The notes below the pieces were generated by a model. That model had not been told where the DNA came from, ran no database searches, and worked only from the letters and a program-made list of their open reading frames with translations. Shown one piece after another: positions 1 to 16,762 of a stretch of DNA of 64,000 bases. The stretch lies in NCBI RefSeq assembly GCF_009914755.1, contig NC_060939.1; one strand, 5' to 3'. Both the position numbers and the translations under genes were made by a program. This stretch comes from the human T2T-CHM13v2.0 reference genome, Homo sapiens. The first letter of the stretch is position 1. Every line of letters begins with the position of its first letter.

Positions 1-623
1 GTCCCAGCCTACCAGCCACTGTGGAGAGGCCAGCCCAGGCTTGCTGAGAGACAGACACTCTCCATTCTTTCCAGGAAGCAGGCCTGCCTCATTCTAGGGC
101 CTGCCCAGGCCCATCCCCGGGGAACACGCTGAGTGGGAGAACATGCCTGCTCACCCCGAGCCTGAGCGCTGTGGTCCCCCAGGATGCAGCATCCAGCTCA
201 GAAGTGCTAGCTGGGCTGTGGGGGCAACAGGAGATGGATAAGGAGTCACTCAAGAGACCACAAGTGTGCCCACCAGAGCCTTCACCACAGATGCCTCCTT
301 CCTGTGTCTACACCCTGAGGACTGGGGAGCTGGGGATTTGGGGGATAGAGGAAAGAAGGGCAGAGAGTGGGAGGAAGCAGAAGGAGCAGGGAAAAGGAGA
401 AGGGGGAGGGTGGACGAGGAAGAGGTGAAGTCAGATGGGAAAACAGGCACAGAAACTGCGGGCCGCTGAGCGCTCCACCTGGGGAACCTGGGGTAAGTGT
501 GGACTTTGCCGGGTGGGCTCAGGAGAGCCTATCAGGTCAGCATGTCCTGTGCTGGGCATATGACAGGCAGCTTGGCACTGGCTCCTCCCAAGCCCTTGGA
601 GGTGATGGGGATGATTAGCCACC

Positions 624-1225
<602 letters not shown>

Positions 1226-1869
1226 CCCTTCCCCTTGTACCCCAGAGAGAGCCTGCGGTGACGTCTGCACTGGGAAGAGCAGAGAACTGGGCACTCAGTC
1301 TAGAAACAGGCCTTGTGCAGACCATCCCCGGTGCCCAGCCACGGGCTGTGCTGGGGTTGGAGACAGAACTTGCCATCCCTTTGGCTCCCTGAGCCTCAGG
1401 TTCTGGTGTCATCTGTCTCCCCACTAGGCTGGGCTCCCTTCATGGATAGGCTGGGCCTGCCACGAGGCCAGTTACCCAGCAGGTCTCCCCATGGCCTCCA
1501 CGACTCACCTAGGCTGCCTGGGAAAAGTGCAAACTAGTCTTCAGTCTTTCAGAAGACCCTGGTATCACTTCCTGCCATCACAGAGCAGTGCCCCACCCCC
1601 AGGATGGAAGAGGCTAGGACAAGCTCTAGACTAGGAGCCCAGGGAGAGGCGCCGGCTGTCTGCGGATTCTGAGAAGGTCACTGTGGACTATGTAGATCAG
1701 AGTGAGTCGGGCCTTAAAGGCTGAGGGTTGGCTGCACAGAGAAGACATTCCAGGCTAGAATTGCACAGCAAGGAACAGGAGGTTGGAGTGACCAAGCTCA
1801 ACACCTCCTTTCTCGTCTGTGGAAACTGTGGCATCGAGAATGTTCTGCATGGAAAAGACAGAGAAATAC

Positions 1870-2130
1870 CTGGTGTTCTCACTTCAGATTAAACTTTTGC
1901 CAGGTCCACCAACCACCCATACTGTATTTTTCATACTGTATTTTTCTTTGAATTGATTCACTTTTTAAAACTTAGCCACATTAGCAGTAGTATCTGTGAA
2001 ATCATGGATTTGGCATGCAAGTTATATTTTTTCTAAAGCAATTTAAAATAAACACATGACTGGCTAAAATTAACTTCATCTCTGTAACCATGTAAAGGAC
2101 CACCTGGGACCCCACTTTGGGAATAGTTGG
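1870..2130. mobile_element. hAT-Charlie MITE (MER112/MER113-like)
   Basis: AT-rich body ending ccactttgggaatagttg, resembling Charlie terminal repeats; subfamily from memory. Confidence 0.5.
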
Positions 2131-2153
2131 TGTCCTGATGAGGAGCCAGTGCT

Positions 2154-2295
2154 TGGGGAAGGGAGAGCCTTGCCTGCAGTCACATAGTCAGCTTGGGGAG
2201 GGGAGGGGAGAGGCTGGTCTGAGGTCACACAGCCTGGGGAGGAGAGGGGAAGGCCTTGCCTGAGGTCACACAGTCAGCCTGGGGAGGGGAAAGGG
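2154..2295 (+). repeat. Degenerate ~45-bp tandem repeat, 3 copies, G-rich
   Basis: Unit approx. ggggaggggaaggccttgcctgaggtcacacagtcagcctgggg seen three times. Confidence 0.75.
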
Positions 2296-2656
2296 CAGTG
2301 ACCCACCAGCCTCCCATCCAGTGCTCCTGCCTCTCCAGCATGACTTTATCCAGACAGTCTGGAGCAGAACTCAGCAGAGAGAGACAGCAAGTGGGACAGG
2401 GACACAGCATGGGCAAAGGCAGGGAAGTAGGGAGGAGCGGAGAGCAGGGAGACTGGCCCTGTGGGATGGAGGGCAACCTTGGGAAGTGGAGAAGAGGCAG
2501 TGGAGAGGCAGGGGTTGGGGCCCAGAGAGCTGGTGGAAGAGAATTTGCTTGAAGGTGAGGAATCTTCCCTGGGATTCTCCTTCTGGATTCTGAACTTCTT
2601 CCTTCAATAAAGAGGAGTTTGTGAATTAGCTCATGGCTTGATTTAAATCAAATGCA

Positions 2657-3180
<524 letters not shown>

Positions 3181-3194
3181 AGTTGTGATGGAAA

Positions 3195-3360
3195 AGTACT
3201 GATTCCTGGGTTCCATCCTCAAAATATTGGATTCAGTAGGTCTAGATTGGGACCCAGTAATCAGCATTTCTTATAAATGACATAGGAAGATCAGAGACTT
3301 CCCCAACCCCAGATGACTTTGATACAGGTGATCTGTGGGCCACATGCTGAGAAACCTTGC
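3195..3360. mobile_element. MER5-type hAT MITE
   Basis: gattcctgggttccatc...ggattcagtaggtct...gggccacatgctgagaaac. Confidence 0.6.
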
Positions 3361-4059
3361 TCCAAAGGGTAATCTGGCATAGGAGGAGTCTTGGATTTCC
3401 AGTCAGGAGACCTATGTTCATGGCCCTACTTAGCTGTGTAGCCTTGGACAAGTCACTTAACCTCTCTGTGCCTGATGATATGATGATAATATCCAGGACT
3501 CAGAGATTTCTGAGGGTGTACCTGTGGATTAGAAACACTAGAGAATCCGAGGGGATGACAGTGGATGGGGGGTTGCCTTCTTGCACGTGGAGAGACATCT
3601 CCCCACCCCACTCCTGCTGTGGGCCCTGTCCTCAATCTTGGTAAACACTGGCCTCTGCTGTCCGCATCTCCCATGCTGAACCGAGCACAGTTCCAGATAC
3701 TCAGGAGGGAGTCTGTATGTGTTCTTGCTTCGCTCTATCACATGATAGGTTCCTGGGTAGTAAAAGGACCCTACAACCTTTCTAGAAAGTGGGGTGGGCA
3801 TGTGTACCAAAAGCTCCTATGCCAATCTTTGTTTTTGTAAGACTTTATTAAAAGATGAAACCCACTAGAACGGGCTGGGCATATGAGTGTGCCCTGAATT
3901 CTTGGATGCTTCTTCCTTTCCATCTCTTCCTGACAGGGGACCCAGGGCCTGCTCACCTGCTGCACCTCTGAGCCGCAGCTTCCCTCCCCCAAGAGCCCAG
4001 CTGAGGCCCTTCATGGCACAGGGCCCAGCCTGACCCTTGTCTCTCCTGGCCCCTCACAG

Positions 4060-4260
4060 ATGTCCTGGCGTCCGCAATACCGTAGCTCCAAGTTCCGGAA
4101 TGTCTACGGGAAGGTGGCCAACCGGGAGCACTGCTTCGATGGGATCCCCATCACCAAGAATGTGCACGACAACCACTTCTGTGCCGTCAACACCCGCTTC
4201 CTGGCCATCGTCACCGAGAGCGCAGGGGGCGGCTCCTTCCTCGTCATCCCCCTGGAGCAG
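4060..4260 (+). CDS. CORO2B: Coronin-2B coding exon (N-terminal coronin motif and start of the beta-propeller), 67 codons, phase 0/0
   Basis: Translates to MSWRPQYRSSKFRNVYGKVANREHCFDGIPITKNVHDNHFCAVNTRFLAIVTESAGGGSFLVIPLEQ, recognised as CORO2B (CORO2A reads MSWHPQYRSSKFRHVFGK). Acceptor ccttgtctctcctggcccctcacag at 4059, donor CAG|gtaggt at 4261. Confidence 0.97.
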
Positions 4261-4644
4261 GTAGGTGGCCCCTACCTTCACTCCAGCTGCAGCTCCAGGG
4301 CAGAGAGGAGCCCTCCTTGGTCTCTCTTAGGCCTGTTGACCCTACTTCTCTCTGAGTTCCCACCTTTTACTTCCTCATCAAGCATCTAGTGGCTATGCCT
4401 TCTTTAGGGTTTTCCTGAGATTCAACAGAACAAGTGCAGGACCTGGATCCAGGAGACCTGAGATCTCTTTCCAGAGCTTGCCTAAAGGTATGCACTTGGA
4501 CAAGCCACTCCCTTGGTGTACACAAGGTTCCATTCCCTGAGGGAGTGGAACACTCTGATCTCCAAGACCAAGTCTAGCTCTACCACTCTGTGTCCTGAGT
4601 GTCCTCTTGGTTTGGAGCCGGAAGGGATGAAGACCTAGCCATAG

Positions 4645-5016
<372 letters not shown>

Positions 5017-5967
5017 TAATTTACCTTCTTCCCCATCCCCCACCTCCTATCTAAAGATTTTCCCCTTTCTGCAGCTGCTTACGTGAATATAACAGATTAA
5101 ATCTGAAAAACCTAGATCATGAAATTTTTAAGCCATAGCCACTCAGGCGGAGTCCCCAGAGGCCCGTGGGAGGTCACGCGCTTCAGGGAAAGTGCTTGCT
5201 GTCAGTCCCACTTGTTTATGGCTGAGTTCCCCCTTCCCAGCCTGACTCATCCCCACTCCCACCCTCCGCCAAATCGCTCAGGGGGAGGAAGAGGTGCATG
5301 TGGAAGGAAGCCTTGGTTCTCAAAATTCACTGTCAGCTGGTGGTGGAGGATGGATTTTTCCAGTCTCTCCTACCCACAGTGGGGGAGCACAGATTTGGAA
5401 AAGGCTTAGACCAGATCTTCCTCTCCATCAGAGGGGCAGCTGCAGGGACACTGAGGACAGAGCCTGATGCACAGAGAGGTCCAAGGAGCATGCACTTGAT
5501 GGCGGGAGGTCTGGGTTCTGCCCTTGCCAGACTTGGGACCGTGTGCATGTCACTTCACCTCTCTGACCCTTATTTTCCTGTAATGGTAAAAGCAGGATCA
5601 GAAATCCTCCTCTGCCTACATCTGTCATGTTGGCCTTAAGTGAGATAATAGATGTGAAGCTCCTAGTGAACCACACAACATGTTAAGGATGTTTGGTTAC
5701 TTTTTTGGGGAAGTTATCCACTATGCTGGTCAACTTGGCAAAGGCTCACAGCAGCTCTAACACATTCGGAAGGATCCTCAAATGCAGCTTCCCTTCCCTC
5801 CTGAATCAGATGGCCTCCGATCACTGTTGCCTCAGGGACGCACTCAGCTCCATCCATCCAGGCCTGCAGGTCCCCAGGAACATGTGGGCTGGTTCTTACT
5901 GAGGCTCAAACCTATCGCCGGCACCCTGCCATGCTCCACTTTAGGCTCACAAGGGTCAACAAGCAAT

Positions 5968-8420
<2,453 letters not shown>

Positions 8421-8912
8421 GCAGTCTCGTTCTCCAGCGTTCAGTCTCAGGATCACTTTCCACTCTTGATTATTGAGGATCCCAAAGAACTTTTGTTTAT
8501 ATGGGTTATATCTGTCAATAGTTAGCATATTCAAAATAAAAATGAAGGAATTTTAAACTATGTATTTATTAACTTGCATAATGATAAGTCTATTTCATGT
8601 TCTCCTGAAAAACATATTTTTATTAAAAATAACTTTTTTTAAGACAAAAAAGTTAATGAGAAGAATGGCATCATTTTACACTTTTGCAAATCTCTTTAAT
8701 ATATGTCTGGCTTATTAGAAGACAGCTGGCTGGCTTTGCATATCACACATTATGCAGCCTTTGGAAAACCCCACTATACACTCAAGAGAGAGAATGAGAG
8801 TGAAGTGGCAGACAATGTCTTATTATTGGGAAAATACTTTTGACCCAATGGACTGCATTAAATGGTCTCGGGGATCTCCAGAGGTCCCCAGACCATACAC
8901 TGAGGACCAGCG
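8421..8912 (-). mobile_element. Charlie1b-like hAT DNA transposon
   Basis: ttgcaaatctctttaat...gtctggcttattagaagacagctgg and terminal ggtccccagaccatacactgagg match the reverse complement of recalled Charlie1b. Confidence 0.7.
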
Positions 8913-8996
8913 ATGCAAAGTAATATTTAACAAGAGAAAACTATTTATATGATACACTGTTACGTGAAGAAATGCAATATGCGATTAATCACATTA

Positions 8997-9551
<555 letters not shown>

Positions 9552-11589
9552 TTACCTCCCAAGTATTGGGACCATGAGTGCTCTTTAATTTTCTTTTCCC
9601 TTAGCTATATGATCTAAATTTCTTACAATCAGTACTTAACGTTTTGTACTTTCGAAAAAATAGAGGCAATTCGCTGATGTGAAGAGGGAGCCCCTGAAGT
9701 TTCAGAGGCCCTACAGGCCAGAGAGGGGCTCAGTGCAGGGTGTGCACTGGGTAAAGACGAGGGGCCCCATCCGCTAGGTTTGCCTGCTGCCCTCTGGTCA
9801 GATGAATGTCTTCATCTGCCTTGAACATCAGCCCTCCCTTATGTATGTTGCAAATGTTTCCTCCCAGAGTAACACCTGAATATGGGCTCGCGGTAGAAAG
9901 TTCAAACAGAACTGCAGGACCCATAGTGAAGGAATGGCGAGGGGTGGGGTGGGTTACTGACTCCGTGGGAGGGTGAGGCAGCTCCTTGATCTGCGAGGCT
10001 CAAGTAAGTAGTTTGAGGCAGGACCCCGAGTCTGGGGACTATGGGACGCAGGGTCCCGCCTCCAAAGCGGGATGACTTAGGTATTGGAGCAAGCGCCGGC
10101 TTCCCCTGCCGCCCAAGCCATGGCCGTCCCTCTACCGCCCCCTGTGGTCAGGGCTGGGCCTGCAGGCGTGGGACAGCCTCTAGGTTGGTGCAGGGGGTGC
10201 GGGGAGAGGGAGGCAGTCAGGCCCAATGCGGAACCCTTCGTTGATCTGGCAGCGGTGGAGATGTTGTTCCACACTAGCCGATTTTCTAGGAAGGAAAAGG
10301 GTCAGATTATTTTAGCTCCAGTTTTCACCCCCTCAGTTTGATAGAAATTTCCCTGAAAACAGTTTCCTGTATTCAATACAAACACAGAAAAGATTTGGAC
10401 CATTTCTTGGTGACTGCAAATCATCACTTGGAGCGTTAGTTATAAGCTATTAATTCATGGTGGGACAGTCTTGTCCCTACGCTGAATGGCTCCAGATTTT
10501 TGTCTTGAGCAAACAGCAGGCCGCAGAGAATTGTCTCAGTTCTTCTCTAAGTTTTTTCCCTCCACTATCCAGCATATCCTCTCATTCCTTGCTTGCTTTT
10601 CTAAGAGATTTGGACCAGAAGAGAACAGCACCTGCCCAGGATCCCCAAATCCCTGCCCCGAGGCCACACCTCCTGAGGGAGGCTCAGAACCTTCCACAGA
10701 GCTTTTCTCTCCTTGCTCCATTTCCTTCAAAGCCAGCTTGCTTGAGATTTCCATATTTATGATTAAAAATTCTTCTGCAGAGTAGGAAGCCGTGTCTACA
10801 ACAACTACAAACAACAACCGCGAAGATGCTTTGCCTTTGTACAGCACTCTCAAGTTCCAGCAAACTCTATGTTCATTGATCCTCTCAGCAGGTGGGTACA
10901 GCCATCCCCACCTCACACTTGGGGAAGCTGAGACGGCACAGCCGGGCATACAGTATGGACCCCAAGCCAGCTCACTTATTTCTGAATCCATGATTCTTTC
11001 CACCACCCATGATGCTGGTAAACAGATAAGTTCTGGCTGGCAGATCTCGAAGGAGTGGCTCTGTCTTCCCCAGGTCTCTTATTCGGGCTGCCGTTGTGAA
11101 GGCCAGTGCCTGTTTTTTCCCCTAGTTAACATTCAGCTGCCAGCTCTCTGGAGTGGAATGTTAAGCTGCAGATGGGGGAGCAATCAGCACCCTGATTGCC
11201 TGGCACAGCTGGAGGGGCCTTATGAATATTCCAGAGAGCAGGCACTGTGCCCAGCAGCCTGATTAACCACTGGGGCCTCCCCAGGGGCACCACCCCTTTC
11301 CTGCTGCACTTCACCCGGACTGCCTGCCACCTCCAGATCCAGGCCACAGGAAGAACAGGGCTAGAAACAGAGCTACCTGCTACCCCAACTGGCACCTGGC
11401 AGAAAGAGAAGAAACCCGGCCTAGATATCAAGAGTCTGGGTTCTCCCTATAACCCAGCCATTCTCAGTCCCAGCTGTACACCGGGTCTCTGGGGCTGGGA
11501 TGGTGCATTCTCCTTCCCCACCACAGTAGTGTGGCCTGAGGAGCTTTTGAGGATCTAACATACCTGCTCTGTTTGAATCTCACCTCAAG

Positions 11590-11722
11590 TTCTATGATGA
11601 AAGTATACTCATTCTCCTCGTTTTACAGATAAAGAAACAGAGGCTCAGAAAAGTCAAGTAACTCCTTTAAGACTGCACGGCCCACAAGTAGCAGAGTCAG
11701 AATTTAGCCCAGGGCTCTCCCA
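11590..11722 (+). mobile_element. MIR
   Basis: ttttacagataaagaaacagaggctcagaaaagtcaagtaac. Confidence 0.7.
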
Positions 11723-14700
11723 GTCATGTGCCTGCCCACCTTACAGAGGTTTAGAGGGAAGCATTTCTATAAATGTGCCTTGTATTACTATTACTGCCAT
11801 TTGGATGTCTTAGAGGATTTCCTTGAACATTAATTCAACCAACACTTTATTACACCTCTCTGATGAGCTGACACCCCATGTGTCCATCTCTTTTGGAAGC
11901 CGAGAGAGTAGATGTTTCCAAACTCCATACAAGTGCAGCAGATCTTGGGGAAGCTTACTCTCTGAAGGAATGAAGCAACAATTCTAGTTGGCAAGGAGAG
12001 GCAGGGGTGGGGTCCTGGAGCAGCGGTCCAGACAAGATAGCATCACTCCAGCAGTCAGGAGGCAAAATTGGCCCACCGACCCACCCATTCATCTAACAGA
12101 TGGGTATTGAATGCCTGCTAGGTTTCAGTCAGAGTTCCTGGACCGAAAAGGAAGCAGTAAACAAGACCAAGTCTTGACCACCTAGAGTTTGTAGTCCAAT
12201 TGGCTACCTCTCTTGGACCGAGAGCCCCCAACGGTGGGAAACTTGTCTGGTTTGCACAGGGGTGGCTCACAGTAGATCCTCAGCCAAGGGGCCATTGGGC
12301 TGACCTATGGCCAAATCACAGAGGCAGGTGCCCATCTACTCTGAGATGGGGTCTCTTCTTTGCTGATCCTGGCAGCCCATCCCCACCAGATCCTAGGGAG
12401 AATGCAGCACCATACAGGGGCTGCCCACACTGAAAGGGGCTGCATCCTCCCCTGAAAGCCCTTAGAACGATATTGCATGGCCCAGCTGGTCTTAACTCTG
12501 GAGCTGAATCTAGAAGTTGGTGGATCATTTAGCTCCATAGCTCACAGCATGTCTGAGGCCTAATATTAAAAGAAGGGTCAGGAGGAAAGGTGCCCAGCTC
12601 AGTACTGAGGACTGTAATAAAATAATATTTTGTTTGCTTACCCAAAGCCTTCGTTCCCATTCCAGATTTCTGTAACACCCCATCACTCCCCCACAATCAG
12701 CACTGAGCTCCTCAAACCTTCTCTCCCCCAGGAAAAAAAAAAAATGCCTGAATCTTCATCACTGCTCTGCAGTGAAGTCTCCGCCCCTCCAAGGGAATTC
12801 AGAGAGCCTTTTCCAAATCCATTTTTCAGATCTTTCCTCAATCGTTCTTTGTTCTTCAAGCTGCCTTCCGCTTGGTGCAATTTGCATCTCAAAGCCCATG
12901 ACAGCCTGAATGTACAGTAAGTGACTTTGGAAAAGGGAGGAGAATTGTGCTCTCAAAGAGAAAAGTCGCAACTTTATTTCATTTGTCTGAGGCTCGAGAT
13001 TGACAGCTTGCTTTGTGTTTTTCCTTTTTTGGAAGAATGGCTGCTGATTTTTGAGGAAAGTGAAGGCGAGCCCTTCTGCAGAAATGGAAGTGTCGCTCTC
13101 TTATTTTATTACAAGGTTATGGGATGGGCGTTCTCTGGATTTGGAGTCCAGGGGGCCAGAGATGCAGCCTGGCTAGTGGGCATCATGGGAGGTCAAAGAA
13201 TCCATCCCTCTCCCTTGGGCCTGGGTCTACAGCTGAGCTGTCTTCCTGGCTCCATTCCTCTCATTCCTTGCAGAGCCAGGGAGGCTGGAAATTATAGTAG
13301 CTGGTTCACTAGGACTCTGTGAAGTCAAGCCATGGGCCCTAACTCTGCCCAGAGGCATTGCCCTGGCCTCTGAAGCATCTGGCAGTCTGCTTGATCTGCT
13401 ACCCATTTTCCTTCTAGGGCCTGGAGCCTCCCATACCTTTGGAAGTTGTAGCTCCACCCCTTAGCTGTGAAACCCTAGGCATCTAACATCTGTTTCTCAG
13501 TTTCCCTGTTTGTGAAATAATAATAGTGCATGTTTCTCAGGGTGCTGTGATGATTAAATAAGGTGCTGTAAAAAGCACTTAGCACGTAGCCTGGCCCATA
13601 GTACGTGCTAGTAAACGGGAGCCATGGTGATGCCAAGGACTGTTACCCATCTCCAGGCCACCCCATCCTAGCAATAGCCTGTTAGCTTTGGTGGGATTTG
13701 GAGCCTGTGGCCAGCAAGTGTGAGCCTTGTCTTTGGCCTTCCTGCTACTGTTGTCTGGCACAGTCCCTGAGTATGCCTAGCAGTGAGCTACCTCGAGGGG
13801 AAGGTACCCATAGGCAAGTCATTTGTGCCTAAAGGGGTACAGGGATGGTGGTGCAGGGTCTCCAGGGAGGCATGACTGAGGTGGCCATGCCAGGCTGGGT
13901 GCCTGGAGATGGGGGATTCTAGGGAGGGTCCAGGGCTGCCATGGAGCCTGGTGGTGCCCCTCTCAAGCCAGCCTGCCTGTTTATCTGGAGTTGGACTGCC
14001 TGCCAGGGTTTAATGAGGGAAGGCATGTAAAGGTTTTACCACAGTGCCTGGCGTACAGCAAGTGCTCAACAAATCTGAGCTATATTTCTTCTATTATTAA
14101 AAGATCCAGGTTGGTGGGAGAAAACGGTGCTGGAATTGAGACGGAGGCTCCTTGGAGTCTAGCTGGCTCAGATGGAGGCACAGCCCCATTGAATGAGCAT
14201 GAGCTCTGTGCTCTGAGCCAGGCTGAAGCCACACAGTCCTCACAGTCCATGCCTCTCGCCGGCCCTCCTCCCCAGTGCCCCAATCCCAGTCTTACATTGA
14301 CACAATGCCAGAGTCAGAGGGGACCCCAGGGATCATAGATTCCAAGCGCCTTGTTGTGCCCACGACAAGTCCTGATCCCAAAAAGGAGAAGTGTCTTATC
14401 CAAGGTTGCATGACATGCCTGGACACCCTCTGGCCCCCTTCCCCAGAATCCTTGCCCTCAGCCACTTCTCAGAGTCCACACTCACATCTCCTAAGGTGTC
14501 GATGATAACAATGGCTTTCCTTTACTAAGGGAATTTGCATTTGGTTAAGGTTAGGGTGAGATTTAAGGAGACCAAACTCTTGAGACCCAAAGGAATGTGT
14601 TGGTAATAGTGGAATTCCAGTCTGCAGGAGATCTGTCCACAAAGGGCGGCCATCCCCAAGCCCCTCAACAGGAGGCCAGGTAGAGACTTGCTGTTGTGTC

Positions 14701-15329
14701 TCATCTGAGCCTGTAGCTTTGGAAGCACCCTCATGTGTCAGTGACTCTCAGCACTTCAAGGAACAAAAATGATTTAGGGTGCAGGAGGGGTGTGGGGAGT
14801 GGAACTAAGGTTGCCTGGCTTGAAACAGAGCATCTCCCTGGGGGCAGTTGGGGCCCAGAGGCCTTGGCCAAGGCTCCTACCACTGGCCTTTCTCCTGGCA
14901 GCTTCCAGAACAATGGCTGCCTGTTTGCCCTGCCTGAGAAACTTCAGGCCTGATTTAGTCCTTAGGGCAGTTTCCACTTCCAGATGGCCTTCCTCATGTC
15001 CCTGACTGCTGCCCACCCCTCCCCCTCCCCCTCGCACCGTCCCCCCCGCCCCCCGACCCAACCAACCCGCTCCCATCCCAAGGCTCTTGACTTGATGGAG
15101 GGATGTGGGAGGAAGAAGGGTTGGTCCCAGCATTCACAGCCTCACGTGTCAAGAGACAGATCTGTGACATCAGCATCACATAGCACTTCTTGTCTCCCCC
15201 CTTTCCATTCCACTCAGCCAAGACCTTGATTTCAGTTGCTAAGCAACCTGTGCCTGAGTTTCCAAGTGGGTCGTCAGGTGAGCATGAGAGGTGGAAGGTA
15301 TGGAGGGGTAGTGCTTAAAACTCTGCAAT

Positions 15330-15790
15330 TTATAGATGGAGACACTGAGGCCCAGAAAGGGCAAGACACTTGGTCAAGGTTGCACAGCTAGTTAGTGCCC
15401 CATGTGTCAGATGATTGATCCTGGCAGCAAATGCTTCAGAACCATCCCATTTCCCACTCCTCCTTCCCCCACCAAGAGAAGCACCCAGACAACAGCAACA
15501 CCTTAGAGACTTCCCGTGAGAGGCTTCCATCTACCTAGACAGGGAGGCAGTGTGCCCAGTGATTAGGGGTGCAGGGTCTGCATCAGCTGGCCTGGCTTTC
15601 AACCCTGACTCTACCATTTGCCAGCTATGTTCTTTGGGCAAGTTACCTAACTGATCTGTGCCTCAGTTTCCTTCGCTGTAGAATGAGAGACATGCTAGTC
15701 CTAACCCCGAGGCTGTTCTGAGGATTCAGTGAGGTGTTACATAAAGCCTGGAAGGTGCCTGGCTCAGGGCAAACCTTTCAGTGCAAGTCT
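15330..15790. mobile_element. Two MIR fragments in opposite orientation (15330-15440, 15545-15790)
   Basis: tagatggagacactgaggcccagaaag... and ttgggcaagttacctaac...cctcagtttcc. Confidence 0.65.
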
Positions 15791-15984
15791 GCTGGTGTGA
15801 TCCTGGCTTGCTGGGCTCTGATGCACCCTCCCCACCTAGGGTCCAGTCCCCCCGATCCCCAGTTTGCTCATTTATCTCATGAGAATTCTGCCTTAATGTT
15901 ATGAGGTCACAGATGGAGTACAAAAGTTTGCAAACTTTAGTTTTTAACACTGAATAATTTTATTCAAATAAAACAGATGAACTT

Positions 15985-16762
15985 TTGGGGGAGTCAGGGA
16001 TAGATCCTTTTGGCAGTCTAGAAAAACCCATAGACCCCTTCACAGAATAGTTTTTAAGTATACAAAATAGGATTACGCAAGAAGCCAATTATATTGAAAC
16101 ACAGGCCAGGTACAGTGGCTCACACCTGTAATCCCAGCACTTTGGGAGGCCAAGGTGGAAGGATTGCTTGAGTGCAGGAGCTTGGGACCAACCTGGGCAA
16201 CATAGCAAGACACCATCTCTACGAAATACAAAAAAATTAGCCAGGTGTGGTGGCATATGCTAGTAGTCCCAGATACTCGGGAGGCTGAGGTTGGAGCATC
16301 ACTTGAACCCGGGGAGGTTGAGGCTGCAGTGAGCTGTGCTCATGCCACTGCACTCTAGCTTAGGTGACAAAATGAGATCCTGTCTCAAAAAAAAAAAAAA
16401 AAAAAGGAAATACAGTTATCAAAATGTATACCAGAATTGTGCTGTAATAAGTGCTTTTCTATCAATGCATTACGCCCCATGATTGAGTGTAGGACACAGT
16501 AACGACTCTAATTTCAAAGTCATGATGTGCATACATATTTTGAGTTAATAGTAGCAGAAGTTATCTGAAAATATCTGTGATACCTGTTGATGAACACATT
16601 ATAGGTTCAAGTAATCCTGTTGGGGTTTGCTGCCTACATTTATACACGAAAGAAATGTGAGGTTTCAGTTAGAGGCTAGTGAAAATATAGATGTAAGTTG
16701 TCTCCTACCCAGACTCACAAACCTCCTAACAGGGTCTGTGGCCCCACTCAGATTAAAGACCT
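15985..16762. mobile_element. MER119-like hAT-Charlie element split by an Alu
   Basis: ttttggcagtct...gaccccttcacagaata...ccaattatattgaaa continues as tacagttatcaaaat after the Alu. Confidence 0.6.
16104..16406 (+). mobile_element. Alu (AluJ-like)
   Basis: Full dimer; TSD-like gaaacacag/gaaatacag. Confidence 0.9.

Noticed and set aside
4060-4389. ORF track extends the first coronin exon to 109 aa
   Set aside because: Coronin similarity stops at the donor after 4260; the remainder is intron read-through.
10536-11262. Two overlapping 156-aa ORFs on opposite strands
   Set aside because: No recognisable domain, coding bias or clear splice context; consistent with chance.
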